64,000 bases of DNA. Source: Eubacteriales bacterium. GTDB lineage: Bacteria > Bacillota > Clostridia > Oscillospirales > CAG-272. The stretch's first letter is position 1; each line of letters starts with the position of its first letter. The stretch spans positions 11,714 to 75,713 of the forward strand of contig JAZSFA010000045.1 of the NCBI GenBank assembly GCA_045531965.1. The letters run 5' to 3'. The position numbers and the translations under genes were made by a program. The notes under the pieces are model-generated. The model saw only the letters and a list, made by a program, of their open reading frames with translations, did no database searches and had not been told where the DNA came from. Positions 32,981-43,501 of this stretch are shown piece after piece.

Positions 32981-35278
32981 ATGGCGAATCTGGTCATTGT
33001 GGAGTCACCCTCCAAAGCAAGCACCATCAAAGGCTACCTCGGCTCTAACTATAAAGTTATGGCTTCGGTAGGACATGTCAGGGATCTGCCTAAAAGCACC
33101 CTTGGCGTGGATATTGACAATCATTTTGAAGCCCACTATATCAACATCCGCGGCAAAGGAGATCTGATCAAGGATCTCAAAAAGGAAGCCAAAAATGCCA
33201 ACAAGATTTTTTTGGCAACCGACCCTGACCGCGAAGGAGAAGCCATTTCATGGCATTTGGCAACAGCTTTGGGAATCCCTGTGGAGAACGTACAACGCGT
33301 AACCTTTAACGAGATTACCAAATCCGTGGTTAAAGCCGCTATCAAACAACCCCGTAAGTTGGATATGAATCTGGTGGATGCCCAGCAGGCACGCCGCATT
33401 CTTGACCGCATTGTGGGTTACAAGCTGTCTCCCTTTCTGTGGAAGACGGTTCGCAGCGGTCTTTCTGCTGGACGTGTACAGTCCGTGGCAACTAAGCTGA
33501 TCGTAGACAGAGAAAAAGAGATCCGCGCTTTTGTCCCCGAGGAATATTGGACGATTAACGTCACCCTTCTGCCTGAAAAGGCGAAGCCTTTCATGGCTCA
33601 TTTTTACGGGGATCACAACGGAAAAATTCGTTTGACCAACGAAGCGGACACTATGAAAGTGGTTAATGCCGTGGAAGGGAAGCCCTTTACGGTTGATTCC
33701 GTAAAGCGTTCGACCAAAAAGAAGCATCCTGCCCCTCCGTTTACGACCTCTACCATGCAACAGGAGGCTTCCAGAAAACTGGGATTTCAGTCGCAGCGGA
33801 TTATGAAGGTAGCTCAGGAACTTTACGAAGGCGTCAATCTTGGCTCGGAATTTGGCGGAGTTCAAGGTTTGATCACCTATATGCGTACAGACTCTCTTCG
33901 CGTTTCTGCTGAAGCGCAGGCTGCTGCTGCAACCTTGATCAAGGAAAAGTACGGAGACCAATACTATCCGTCCTCCCCTCGTGTTTACAAGACAAAGGCA
34001 TCTGCGCAGGATGCTCATGAAGCGATCCGTCCCGCGCGGGTGGAGATCGAGCCTGCAAAAGTAAGAAAAATGCTGACGTTGGATCAGTATAAGCTTTATA
34101 AGTTGATTTGGGAGCGATTTGTTGCGAGCCAGATGGAATCCGCTGAACTGGAAACCCTTACGGTGGACTTTGATTGTAAAGGCTACCTTTTCCGCACCAG
34201 CGGATATACCGTCACTTTCCCCGGCTATATGGCAGTATATGAGGAAGCGGCGGATGACAGCAAGAACAAACCCATTTCTGACGAGCCGGAGGAGCAAAAG
34301 GATCTCCGCATTCCTCCACTGTCTGAAGGTGATCATATTAAATCTGGTGAGATTGATCCGAATAAGCACTTTACCGAGCCTCCGCCCCGTTATACCGAAG
34401 GCTCTATGATTAAGTTGCTGGAAGAGAAGGGAATCGGTCGTCCCAGTACCTTTGCCTCTATCATTTCTACGATCATTTCCCGCGGTTACGTGAAGCGCGA
34501 AAGCAAGTCTCTCGTACCTACCGAACTGGGTGAAATCACCAACGACATCATGATAGACAACTTCTCTACGGTGGTGGATGAAAAATTCACCGCACGCATG
34601 GAGGATTCTTTGGATGAGATCGAAAATGGCAAGGAATCTCTGGAGGACGTGCTGACCAAGTTCTGGCGTGTTTTTGAAAAACAATTGACAGTAGCGGAAT
34701 CCTCTATTGGTTCCATCGCTGTGAATATTCCCGCTGAAAAGACGGATATGGTTTGCGATAAATGCGGGGCGCAGATGGTGGTTAAGAACGGCAGATTCGG
34801 TAAGTTCGCCGCTTGTCCCAATTATCCCCAGTGTAAAAGCACCAAGCCGTTGACCGAACCTGAAAAGCCCAAGGCGGTTGAGATCCCCAGCGAAAAGCTT
34901 GCCACCGATATGGTTTGTGAAGTCTGCGGTGCGCCCATGGTTCTGCGTACAGGACGCTATGGCAGTTTTTACGCTTGCTCCAAATATCCCGAGTGTAAAT
35001 TCACAAAACAGAAGGTGAAGGACATTGGTGTGCCTTGTCCCACCTGTGGGTCTCGCTTGGTCATGAAGACAGGACGGAATAAGACCATCTTCTACAGTTG
35101 CGAAAAATATCCTGCTTGCGATTTTTCGTCTTGGGATCTGCCCACCAAGGAAAAATGCCCCTCGTGCGGCAAAATGTTGTTCCGAAAAAAGGGAAAGCCT
35201 GTATTGGTCTGTCATGATAAGGCTTGCGGCTACAGCCGAGAAGCAGAGCTTTTACTTGTTCCCCCCACGGAGGAATGA
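32981..35278 (+). CDS. topA: DNA topoisomerase I
   Basis: Toprim LVIVESPSKA and DPDREGEAISWH. Catalytic region GLITYMRTDS. Four C-terminal CxxC..CxxC zinc ribbons. Confidence 0.97.
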   Translation: MANLVIVESPSKASTIKGYLGSNYKVMASVGHVRDLPKSTLGVDIDNHFEAHYINIRGKGDLIKDLKKEAKNANKIFLATDPDREGEAISWHLATALGIPVENVQRVTFNEITKSVVKAAIKQPRKLDMNLVDAQQARRILDRIVGYKLSPFLWKTVRSGLSAGRVQSVATKLIVDREKEIRAFVPEEYWTINVTLLPEKAKPFMAHFYGDHNGKIRLTNEADTMKVVNAVEGKPFTVDSVKRSTKKKHPAPPFTTSTMQQEASRKLGFQSQRIMKVAQELYEGVNLGSEFGGVQGLITYMRTDSLRVSAEAQAAAATLIKEKYGDQYYPSSPRVYKTKASAQDAHEAIRPARVEIEPAKVRKMLTLDQYKLYKLIWERFVASQMESAELETLTVDFDCKGYLFRTSGYTVTFPGYMAVYEEAADDSKNKPISDEPEEQKDLRIPPLSEGDHIKSGEIDPNKHFTEPPPRYTEGSMIKLLEEKGIGRPSTFASIISTIISRGYVKRESKSLVPTELGEITNDIMIDNFSTVVDEKFTARMEDSLDEIENGKESLEDVLTKFWRVFEKQLTVAESSIGSIAVNIPAEKTDMVCDKCGAQMVVKNGRFGKFAACPNYPQCKSTKPLTEPEKPKAVEIPSEKLATDMVCEVCGAPMVLRTGRYGSFYACSKYPECKFTKQKVKDIGVPCPTCGSRLVMKTGRNKTIFYSCEKYPACDFSSWDLPTKEKCPSCGKMLFRKKGKPVLVCHDKACGYSREAELLLVPPTEE

Positions 35279-35281
35279 TCC

Positions 35282-36586
35282 ATGGCAACGATCCGAATTT
35301 ACGGTGCAGGACTTGCGGGCTGTGAAGCAGCTTGGCAAGCAGCAAAACTGGGTGTTGCGGTAACCCTGTATGAAATGAAACCTCAAAAAATGACCCCTGC
35401 CCATCATCACGAGGGTTTTGCGGAGTTGGTTTGCTCTAATTCCCTCAGATCAGATCGGGTCACCAATGCTGTTGGACTCTTGAAAGAAGAACTGTCTCGC
35501 ATGGGGTCTCTTATCATGGAAGCCGCAAGAGCCACCCAAGTTCCTGCAGGCTCAGCGCTGGCTGTGGACAGAGAAAAATTCTCTGCTTATATTACCGAAA
35601 AGATCAGAAACCACCCGCTCATTACCGTGGTTGAAGAGGAAGTGACCTCGGTTCCGGAAGAAGGGATCACCGTGGTAGCTACGGGTCCCCTAACCTCCGA
35701 TCCTATGGCGGATTGGATACGCGACAACGTGGCAGGAGAGGGTCTCCACTTCTTCGATGCCGTCGCTCCTATCGTGGACGCGGAAAGCATCAACATGGAC
35801 GTAGCGTTTTTTGCATCGCGCTATAACAAGGGCGATGCAGATTACATCAACTGTCCCATGACTCGGGAACAGTACGATGCTTTCTATCACGCGCTTGTTA
35901 CCGCAGAGGAGGCACAGCTTAAAGACTTTGATAAGGATCTCAAAGTCTTTGAGGGCTGTATGCCCGTGGAGGTCATGGCAAAGCGAGGTTATGATACCCT
36001 GCGATACGGTCCCCTCAAGCCCGTGGGCTTGGTGGACGACCGCACGGGCGCAAAATCCTTTGCTGTGGTTCAGCTTCGCCGCGAGGACGAGGAGGGAAGC
36101 ATGTACAATCTTGTGGGCTTCCAGACCCACCTGACCTTCCCCGCGCAAAAGCGTGTGTTCTCTATGATTCCCGGTTTGGAAAATGCTGAATTTCTACGTT
36201 ACGGTGTCATGCACCGCAATACCTACCTTCCCTCTCCCGATCTTCTGGGCGCAGACTATGCCATGCGCAACCGCCCCGATCTTTTCTTTGCGGGACAGAT
36301 GACAGGTGTCGAAGGGTATATCGAGTCCACGGGCTCTGGCTTCTTGGCAGGTCTCAACGCCGCTCGAAGAGCCTTGGAACTTGATCCTGTTATCTTCCCA
36401 GAAATCACCATGATCGGTGCTATGGCACATTATATCAGCCATGGCAGTCTGGGCGAATTTGTCCCGATGAATGCGAATTTCGGTATTGTTCCTTCTCTTG
36501 ACCAAAAGGTCAAAGGTGGTAAACTGGCAAGATATGAGCTGTATGCCGAACGGTCGCTGAAGTGGATGGACGAATACGTAAAGTGA
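35282..36586 (+). CDS. trmFO: Methylenetetrahydrofolate--tRNA-(uracil54-C5)-methyltransferase TrmFO
   Basis: IYGAGLAGCEAAWQ FAD motif, LVCSNSLR and GQMTGVEGYIESTGSG. Confidence 0.95.
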   Translation: MATIRIYGAGLAGCEAAWQAAKLGVAVTLYEMKPQKMTPAHHHEGFAELVCSNSLRSDRVTNAVGLLKEELSRMGSLIMEAARATQVPAGSALAVDREKFSAYITEKIRNHPLITVVEEEVTSVPEEGITVVATGPLTSDPMADWIRDNVAGEGLHFFDAVAPIVDAESINMDVAFFASRYNKGDADYINCPMTREQYDAFYHALVTAEEAQLKDFDKDLKVFEGCMPVEVMAKRGYDTLRYGPLKPVGLVDDRTGAKSFAVVQLRREDEEGSMYNLVGFQTHLTFPAQKRVFSMIPGLENAEFLRYGVMHRNTYLPSPDLLGADYAMRNRPDLFFAGQMTGVEGYIESTGSGFLAGLNAARRALELDPVIFPEITMIGAMAHYISHGSLGEFVPMNANFGIVPSLDQKVKGGKLARYELYAERSLKWMDEYVK

Positions 36587-36689
36587 ATTGTTGTTTGACG
36601 GGGGAGTTATAATGATTTGTAGAGAGCGGTGTCCTCACCGCTCCCTACTCCCGCAAACCACAATTTATTACTTGACCATAGGTGCAAGC

Positions 36690-36715
36690 ATGGTTAGGAT
36701 GTGCATCTTAACCAT
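36690..36715. promoter_or_regulatory. Near-perfect 26-nt palindrome overlapping a putative plsX promoter (candidate operator)
   Basis: ATGGTTAGGATGtgCATCTTAACCAT overlaps a possible promoter TTGACC (36672-36677), 17 nt, TAGGAT, 38 nt upstream of the plsX ATG. Confidence 0.3.
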
Positions 36716-36752
36716 CCTTGAGCCTATCGTTTCAAAAACGAAAGGACAACGT

Positions 36753-37793
36753 ATGAAAATTATAATAGACTGCATGGGCGGAGATCATGCCCCTCACGAG
36801 ATGCTGGCAGGCGTTGTGGCAGCTTACAAGGAGAGTGCCGCGCACTGTTCTTTTCTCTTAGTGGGTAATGAAACCTCTATTCGGGCGGTTGCCGCTGAAA
36901 GAGGCTATGATCTTACCCCTTTTGAGATCCGTCACACAGATTCGGTCATCACGATGGACGATGATGCCATGGCGTGGCGAAAAGATAAGAAGGATGCATC
37001 TATGACCGTGGCGCTTCGCGCCCTCGCCGACGGTGAGGGGGATGCCGTGGTCAGTTGCAGTAATACCGGCGCGTTGTTTTCAGGAGCAACGATGATCGTG
37101 CGCCGTGCTAAAGGCGTTCACCGTGCCGCCATTGGCACCCTCCTGCCCTTTGAACCGCCCCTGTTGCTCTTGGATTCCGGCGCAAATGTCACGGTGCAGC
37201 CGAGTTTTCTTGTACAGTTTGCTGTGATGGGGACCGCCTATATGAAAGCCTTGTACAGCCTTGATGCACCCCGCGTAGGGCTACTTAACAACGGTACTGA
37301 GGAACATAAGGGGACGGAACTTCAACAACAGGCGTATGCGCTACTTTCAAACTGCCGGGAAATCAACTTTGTCGGTAACGTGGAGGCGGGAAGCCTGCCT
37401 CACGGTGTCTGCGATATCGTTGTCACGGACGGTTTTATTGGGAATGTGACTTTGAAAGCTTTTGAAGGCATGGGAAAATTGTTTTCAAAAAAGCTGAAGG
37501 GCATTTTCAAGTCTGGGATAGGAGGATCGCTTTCTTATCTGTTGCTTCGTAAAAAGATCAAGGAGCTTCGCCGTGGTTTCGATGCCGCGGAAATTGGTGG
37601 TAGCCCCATTTTGGGTCTTCGCAAGCCTGTGATTAAAGCACACGGCTCTTCTAAAGAGAAAGCTTTCAAAAATGCCATTTATCAGGCCATGACCCTGTCG
37701 GCATCCGGCGCGTTGGAACAAATGCAGGCGGATTTGGCGCTGTTGGAAGAAGCTTCAAAAACCATGGAAGGAGGTGACGGACATGCCTCTTGA
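36753..37793 (+). CDS. plsX: Phosphate acyltransferase PlsX
   Basis: MKIIIDCMGGDHAP, LLLLDSGAN, GNVEAGSL, VVTDGFIGNV and KAHGSS. The start is trimmed to the ATG at 36753. Confidence 0.95.
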   Translation: MKIIIDCMGGDHAPHEMLAGVVAAYKESAAHCSFLLVGNETSIRAVAAERGYDLTPFEIRHTDSVITMDDDAMAWRKDKKDASMTVALRALADGEGDAVVSCSNTGALFSGATMIVRRAKGVHRAAIGTLLPFEPPLLLLDSGANVTVQPSFLVQFAVMGTAYMKALYSLDAPRVGLLNNGTEEHKGTELQQQAYALLSNCREINFVGNVEAGSLPHGVCDIVVTDGFIGNVTLKAFEGMGKLFSKKLKGIFKSGIGGSLSYLLLRKKIKELRRGFDAAEIGGSPILGLRKPVIKAHGSSKEKAFKNAIYQAMTLSASGALEQMQADLALLEEASKTMEGGDGHAS

Positions 37794-38517
37794 TGCTCAT
37801 GATCCTGCCTTTTTTCAGGCGCTAAAAAAGCTGGAAACCCGTTTGGATCATACCTTTGAGAACCGGGCAGTCATTGTTCGCGCCTTGACCCATTCCTCTC
37901 ATTCCAACGAAACAGGAGAGCGAAACCATCATTTGCTTTGCAATGAACGATTGGAATTTCTAGGAGATTCTGTGTTGTCCCTGGTGGTCAGCCGTTATCT
38001 TTATCAACATTATCAGAATGAACCTGAGGGAGATTTGACTTGCATGCGCAAGGATGTGGTCTGCGCTCCGGCGCTGGCACGCTATGCTCGAAAAATTGGC
38101 TTAGGCGAATGTCTGCTTCTGGGTGTCGGAGAAGACCGCAATGGTGGACGACAAAACGAGAATATTCTGGCAGATGCCTTTGAGGCCGTTTTGGCTGCCC
38201 TCTACATAGATGCGGGATATAAGCTTGACGAGGTTGCCGATTTCCTACTGCCCTTGGTGGAAGAGGATCTCCGCGAGTATGAGATCAAAGGCACCGACCG
38301 GGACTATAAAACCCCACTTCAACAGTTCATTCAACAGACAGAAGGTGACCATTTGGAATACGTGCTTGTTCACGAAGAGGGGCCGGATCATATGAAGACC
38401 TTTGAAGTGGAAGCCCGTCTCAACGATAATGTCATCGGGCGTGGTAAGGGGCGGTCCAAGCGTAAAGCCGAACAAGCCGCCGCCAAGGATGCGCTGGCGC
38501 TGTTTGGCGTAAAATAA
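37783..38517 (+). CDS. rnc: Ribonuclease III
   Basis: NERLEFLGDSVL signature, ILADAFEAVLAALYID, and the C-terminal dsRBD GRGKGRSKRKAEQAAAKDAL. The ATG at 37783 follows GGAGGTG and overlaps the plsX end by 11 nt. Confidence 0.95.
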   Translation: MPLDAHDPAFFQALKKLETRLDHTFENRAVIVRALTHSSHSNETGERNHHLLCNERLEFLGDSVLSLVVSRYLYQHYQNEPEGDLTCMRKDVVCAPALARYARKIGLGECLLLGVGEDRNGGRQNENILADAFEAVLAALYIDAGYKLDEVADFLLPLVEEDLREYEIKGTDRDYKTPLQQFIQQTEGDHLEYVLVHEEGPDHMKTFEVEARLNDNVIGRGKGRSKRKAEQAAAKDALALFGVK

Positions 38518-38610
38518 CAGAAAGGCAAAAATATGCCTGACACAATAGATATTTCGATAATGTTAAGACGGTACAGAGTCGTCTGATCATTTCTTTGTAA
38601 GGAGAAAACT

Positions 38611-41600
38611 GTGTATTTAAAATCTATAGAACTTCAAGGATTCAAATCCTTTCCCGATAGAACAAAGCTGATCTTCGATCCGGGACACACCTCGGAGCAG
38701 ATGCGCATGGAAGAGGACGTTAACGCCGGCGTGACGGTCATTGTGGGTCCCAACGGCAGCGGTAAGTCCAATATTGCGGATGCTATGCGCTGGGTATTGG
38801 GAGAGATTTCTTCTAAAACCCTTCGAAGCAGCAAAATGGAAGACGTTATTTTCGGTGGCGCTGACAGCCGCCGTCCCATGGGGTATGCCGAAGTCTCGGT
38901 GACCTTTGACAACACGTCGGACTTTTGTAAACTGGATTGCCCTTATGATGAAGTGACGGTCACGCGCCGATATTTCAGAGCAGGGGAGAGTGAGTATTTG
39001 ATCAATCGCCGCTCGGTCAGACTCAAGGACATCTACGAGCTGTTTCTGAATACAGGTATCGGTCGCGACGGCTATTCCATCATTGGTCAAGGACGGATCG
39101 CAGACATGGTTTCCCGAAAGAGCGAAGAGCGTCGTAGCATCTTTGAGGATGCTTCTGGTATCGCCAAGTACCGCTTGCGTAAAAACGAGAGCGAACGTAA
39201 ACTTTCCGGTGTGGAAGCCAACATGGTTCGTATCAAAGACGTTTTCAACGAAGTGGAAATGCAGGTAGGTCCTCTGGAAAAAGAGGCAGAAAAGGCTAAG
39301 CGGGGTATCGTCTTGCTAGAGCGAAAAAAGGTTGCAGACATCAGCCTATGGCTCTATGACACCGAACGCTTGCACAATGAGATTACTGCGGCAACAGAAC
39401 TTCACAACCGTGCCGCGTTTGACCTTGAACAGGCGGATGATGCACTTCAATCCCTGGATATGCAGAATCAGCGCATGACCGAAATGAGTCAAAACAGCCG
39501 TCAGATCTCGCAAACACTGAGAGACGAGATTTCCGCGCTGTCAGAGATTCAACATGAACTGGAAAGTAAATTCCGCGTCACCGAAAGTAATATTGCCCAT
39601 ACCCATGAGTTGATCGCTTCCGCCGGGCAGACCGCAGAAACCCTTAAAAAGCAAATGGTAAGTGAGCAAGAGCAAGCCAGCGTGCACAAAGAAAAACTTC
39701 GAACTCATGGAACGAAGGAGGCAGGACTGGAGGACGAGTTTAACCGTAACGCGGAAGAAATCACCGCTTTACAGACCCGCATTACCAAGTTGGATGAAAG
39801 TATCGACCTGATGGGCGCAGATATTCACGCCCGTGAGGACGCCATGATGGATCTGAAGGTTCGTGTGTCGGTTTTGGAAAACACCAGAAACGACCATAGT
39901 GACCGTAACAGCGGCATTATGACGGATATGGAGCAATACGAGGCTGTGTCTGCTGATCTGAATGAAAAGATCGCCAAGCGTCAAAAAACCATTGATGGTT
40001 ATACCCAAAATCTTCATACTGTCAATGAACAAATCGAGGCTCTGGAACAGCAATTGATCCGTTTGAACGAGTCCTACGGTGAAGGCTTTGATCGCCTGAA
40101 TCAGAAAAAACTGCGACGCGATACCTTGAATCAGCGAATCGCGACTTATAAAGCGATGGAGGAGCATTACGAAGGGTATGCTCATGCTGTCAAGTATATC
40201 ATGAAACAGTATGCCGACGGACGAGTCACCGCTTTTGGCGGAGAGGCTTGCGGTAAGATCTATGGTCCTCTCTCCAAGGTGATCACGGTAGATGAGCCCT
40301 ATATCACGGCGGTCGAAACAGCCCTCGGTGCTAATCTTCAGCACATCGTTGTCGAAGACGAAGCCACCGCCAAGGCAGCGATGTATTGCTTGAAGCGTGG
40401 CGAAGCAGGTCGCGCGACTTTCTTCCCTCTGACATCCATGCGCCCTCAGACCGAAACACCGGAGATGAAACAAGCGGCAGGTTTCCCGGGTTATGTAGCC
40501 GTGGCAGATTCGCTTCTGCATTGTGATGAAAAGTTCCGAAACGTGGTGTCCTCCCTTTTGGGAAGAACCGTTGTTTTCGATACCATCGATCATGCTACCG
40601 CTATGGCAAAAGCCCTTCGCTACCGCGTACGTGTCGTTACGTTGGACGGTCAGCAGATCAATGTGGGCGGTTCTTTTACCGGTGGTTCGGTCAATCAGAA
40701 AAATAGTGCCCTGTCCCGCGCCGGCGAGATTAAGCGCATGAGTGAGGAAGCGGAGACTGTCAAGGGCGAAATCACGACCATGGAGAAAGATCTTTCCAAA
40801 GTCAAGGCGGAAATCAAGGAAGCCGATGACAGTAAAATGTCCTTGGAAGATAAACGGGAGTTGCTTCGCGTATTGACGGGTAATGAAACGGCTGCCAAGG
40901 ATCAGTTGCAGGCAAAATTGGATGCCAATAATACCCTCTTGACCCGTATGAAAGAAGACTGTGAAAGATTGATCCGCATGAGCGAGCAGAATGAGGAGGA
41001 TATCCAAAATCTGCGCGCCGAAACCCAATCTTTGATGCAAGCGGTGGAAGACTTGAAACTTCTTCGTGCCGAAAAGGCAGAAGAGAAGGGAGATGCGGAG
41101 GATCAGGTGGATGCACTGGAAGCCGTGCAGACCAAGTTGATGATCTCCCTCAGTGAAGTTCGAAAGGATAAAGAAACAGAGGAGGCCCTTCTTCGTGTTT
41201 GCGAAGAACGCGTTCGTCAGCTTTCCGCAGATATCAAGGCAACCGATGACCGTGTGGCAGAACACCGTGCCCGACTGGATGATTTCAACGTGGCACAGTT
41301 GGAGAATCGCCGCCGTTATGCAGAGGGTGAGACACGAATGGCAGAGCTTACCCGTGGCAGAGATGAAGCGGAGAAAAATAATGCGGGATTTGAGGAAAAG
41401 TTGTCTGCGCTCTCGCAAAAGCTTCGTGAACAGATGTCCGCCAGAGAAAATATCTTCCGTGAGTTTACTACGGCGGAAGCCAAGCTGACGTCTTTGCAGG
41501 CGGATATGAATAAACTGGCAGGACGCCTCTACGACGATTATGAGCTGACCCGCGCCGAAGCTGTGGCGCTGGATTACCCTGCAGTTACCCCCGAGAATCG

Positions 41601-42288
41601 CTCACAGATCTTGGCGACTCAGACCGAATGTCGGAACAAACTCCGTGCTATCGGTCATTTTGACCCTGATGCGGTGGAGAAATACCGTGAGATCAAGGCA
41701 CGTTATGATGATATGAAGAGTCAGATTGAGGACTTGGAAAAGTCTCAGACAGAGCTTGTAAAGATCATTTCGGGGCTGGAATCCCAAATGAAGGAAGCCT
41801 TTACCTCCTCCTTTGATGCCATCAACGAGAATTTCGGTAAGACCTTTGCAGAATTGTTCGGCGGCGGCTCTGCCGAGCTGTCCTTGACAGATCCCGATAA
41901 CGTCCTGGAAAGCGGTATTGAAATTAAAGCTGCCCCTCCCGGAAAAATCATCAAAAACCTTATGCAGCTCTCTGGCGGCGAACAGGCGTTCATTGGTGTG
42001 GCATTGTTCTTCGCTATCTTGAAGGTGAATCCTACCCCCTTCTGTATTCTCGACGAGATCGAAGCCGCTTTGGACGAGGTCAACGTAGAGCGACTGGCAC
42101 AGTACATCAAACGTTATTCGGACGAGACCCAGTTTATCATGATCACCCACCGCCGCGGTACCATGGCAGCTGCCACGAGACTGTATGGCGTAACCATGCC
42201 GGAGCACGGTATTTCTAAGGTGCTGGCTCTGGACGTCGCAGATATTTCCAAAAACAAGGAGAACGATTGGAATGGCCTTTTTAGCTAA
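38611..42288 (+). CDS. smc: Chromosome partition protein Smc
   Basis: Walker A GPNGSGKSN, hinge GKIYGPLSKVITV...ALGANLQHIVVEDE, signature LSGGEQA, Walker B FCILDEIEAALD, and long coiled-coil arms. GTG start after AAGGAG. Confidence 0.97.
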   Translation: MYLKSIELQGFKSFPDRTKLIFDPGHTSEQMRMEEDVNAGVTVIVGPNGSGKSNIADAMRWVLGEISSKTLRSSKMEDVIFGGADSRRPMGYAEVSVTFDNTSDFCKLDCPYDEVTVTRRYFRAGESEYLINRRSVRLKDIYELFLNTGIGRDGYSIIGQGRIADMVSRKSEERRSIFEDASGIAKYRLRKNESERKLSGVEANMVRIKDVFNEVEMQVGPLEKEAEKAKRGIVLLERKKVADISLWLYDTERLHNEITAATELHNRAAFDLEQADDALQSLDMQNQRMTEMSQNSRQISQTLRDEISALSEIQHELESKFRVTESNIAHTHELIASAGQTAETLKKQMVSEQEQASVHKEKLRTHGTKEAGLEDEFNRNAEEITALQTRITKLDESIDLMGADIHAREDAMMDLKVRVSVLENTRNDHSDRNSGIMTDMEQYEAVSADLNEKIAKRQKTIDGYTQNLHTVNEQIEALEQQLIRLNESYGEGFDRLNQKKLRRDTLNQRIATYKAMEEHYEGYAHAVKYIMKQYADGRVTAFGGEACGKIYGPLSKVITVDEPYITAVETALGANLQHIVVEDEATAKAAMYCLKRGEAGRATFFPLTSMRPQTETPEMKQAAGFPGYVAVADSLLHCDEKFRNVVSSLLGRTVVFDTIDHATAMAKALRYRVRVVTLDGQQINVGGSFTGGSVNQKNSALSRAGEIKRMSEEAETVKGEITTMEKDLSKVKAEIKEADDSKMSLEDKRELLRVLTGNETAAKDQLQAKLDANNTLLTRMKEDCERLIRMSEQNEEDIQNLRAETQSLMQAVEDLKLLRAEKAEEKGDAEDQVDALEAVQTKLMISLSEVRKDKETEEALLRVCEERVRQLSADIKATDDRVAEHRARLDDFNVAQLENRRRYAEGETRMAELTRGRDEAEKNNAGFEEKLSALSQKLREQMSARENIFREFTTAEAKLTSLQADMNKLAGRLYDDYELTRAEAVALDYPAVTPENRSQILATQTECRNKLRAIGHFDPDAVEKYREIKARYDDMKSQIEDLEKSQTELVKIISGLESQMKEAFTSSFDAINENFGKTFAELFGGGSAELSLTDPDNVLESGIEIKAAPPGKIIKNLMQLSGGEQAFIGVALFFAILKVNPTPFCILDEIEAALDEVNVERLAQYIKRYSDETQFIMITHRRGTMAAATRLYGVTMPEHGISKVLALDVADISKNKENDWNGLFS

Positions 42289-43495
42289 CCTGTTTGGCAA
42301 GAAAAAGAAAAATCAAAACGAAGAAGACCTGCTCGAAAAAGAGCTTGAAGAAGGTCTGACCGAGGAGGAAATTGCCGCGGCGGAAGCTGCCGAGGAATCC
42401 CTCGATCAAGAGGCAAACACCGATGAGTTTGCTGAGGATGCGGTGACTGACGAGGCACCTGCCGTGGACATTCTTGAGGAAGACTTGTCTGATGCTGCGG
42501 AGGATGTTCTCGCCGAAGATGAACCAACGGTTGACGTGACGGAGCAGGCGCCGCCTCAGGCACAAGAGGAAGACACGACCACGAAAAAATCCTTCTGGGG
42601 ACGCTTGAAGTCAGGACTTACCAAGACGCGGAATGCGATATTTGCGCCCGTGGATAGCCTTTTGAAGGCATTTACCAAGATCGATGAAGACCTGTTTGAG
42701 GAACTGGAAGAAATTCTCATTACCGCCGATATCGGCATGGCGGCTACCGAAGAGATTCTTGACGAGCTTCGCGCCCGTGTCAAGGACGGACGTTTGAAAG
42801 AGAAGGAGCAGATTATGACTGCGCTCCGCGAAATTATTGCAGATATGATCGGCGAAACCCAGCCTCTTCGTATGGAAACATCGCCTACCGTGATCATGGT
42901 GATTGGTGTTAACGGTGCCGGTAAGACCACTTCGATCGGTAAGATCTCCAAGCGCTTGCGCCTCCGCGGCAAAAAAGTAGTGGTCGCAGCTGCCGATACT
43001 TTCCGCGCCGCCGCCATTGATCAGTTGGCGGTTTGGTGTGAACGGGCACAGGTGGATATGGTCAAGCAGAGCGAGGGGAGTGATCCCGCTGCTGTGGTTT
43101 TTGATGCTATCGCCGCTGCTAAGAAAAAGCAGGCAGACGTCTTAATCATCGATACGGCAGGACGTTTGCAGAACAAGAAAAATCTCATGAACGAGTTGGC
43201 TAAGATGAACCGTGTGATTGAAAGAGAATTGCCCGATGCCTGCCGTGAAAATCTGCTGGTGTTGGATGCAACGACAGGTCAGAATGCTATTTCTCAAGCC
43301 AAGGAATTCCGAAATGCCGCGAATATTACAGGCATCACCCTCAATAAATTGGATGGTACAGCCAAGGGCGGCATCGTCATCTCCATCAAACGCGAACTGG
43401 GGATTCCCGTAAAGTTTATCGGTGTTGGCGAGAAGATCGACGATATGCAGGAATTTGATGCTGAGGATTTCGTCAGCGCGTTGTTTGAAAATTGA
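42272..43495 (+). CDS. ftsY: Signal recognition particle receptor FtsY
   Basis: Acidic N-terminal region, then the NG domain: [26 protein letters not shown] and [12 protein letters not shown]. It overlaps the smc end by 17 nt. Confidence 0.95.
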   Translation: MAFLANLFGKKKKNQNEEDLLEKELEEGLTEEEIAAAEAAEESLDQEANTDEFAEDAVTDEAPAVDILEEDLSDAAEDVLAEDEPTVDVTEQAPPQAQEEDTTTKKSFWGRLKSGLTKTRNAIFAPVDSLLKAFTKIDEDLFEELEEILITADIGMAATEEILDELRARVKDGRLKEKEQIMTALREIIADMIGETQPLRMETSPTVIMVIGVNGAGKTTSIGKISKRLRLRGKKVVVAAADTFRAAAIDQLAVWCERAQVDMVKQSEGSDPAAVVFDAIAAAKKKQADVLIIDTAGRLQNKKNLMNELAKMNRVIERELPDACRENLLVLDATTGQNAISQAKEFRNAANITGITLNKLDGTAKGGIVISIKRELGIPVKFIGVGEKIDDMQEFDAEDFVSALFEN

Positions 43496-43501
43496 GAGGT
43501 T

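Noticed and set aside
33248-35215. 655-aa reverse-strand ORF
   Set aside because: It is antisense to topA, whose identity is unambiguous. Long open antisense frames are common in genes with this codon bias.
36588-36752. N-terminal 55-codon extension of plsX in the track ORF
   Set aside because: The conserved PlsX N-terminus MKIIIDCMGGDHAP begins at 36753 with its own RBS. The extension covers hairpins and a putative promoter.
39769-41418. 549-aa reverse-strand ORF
   Set aside because: It is antisense to the smc coiled-coil region. It is low-complexity, with no start context.
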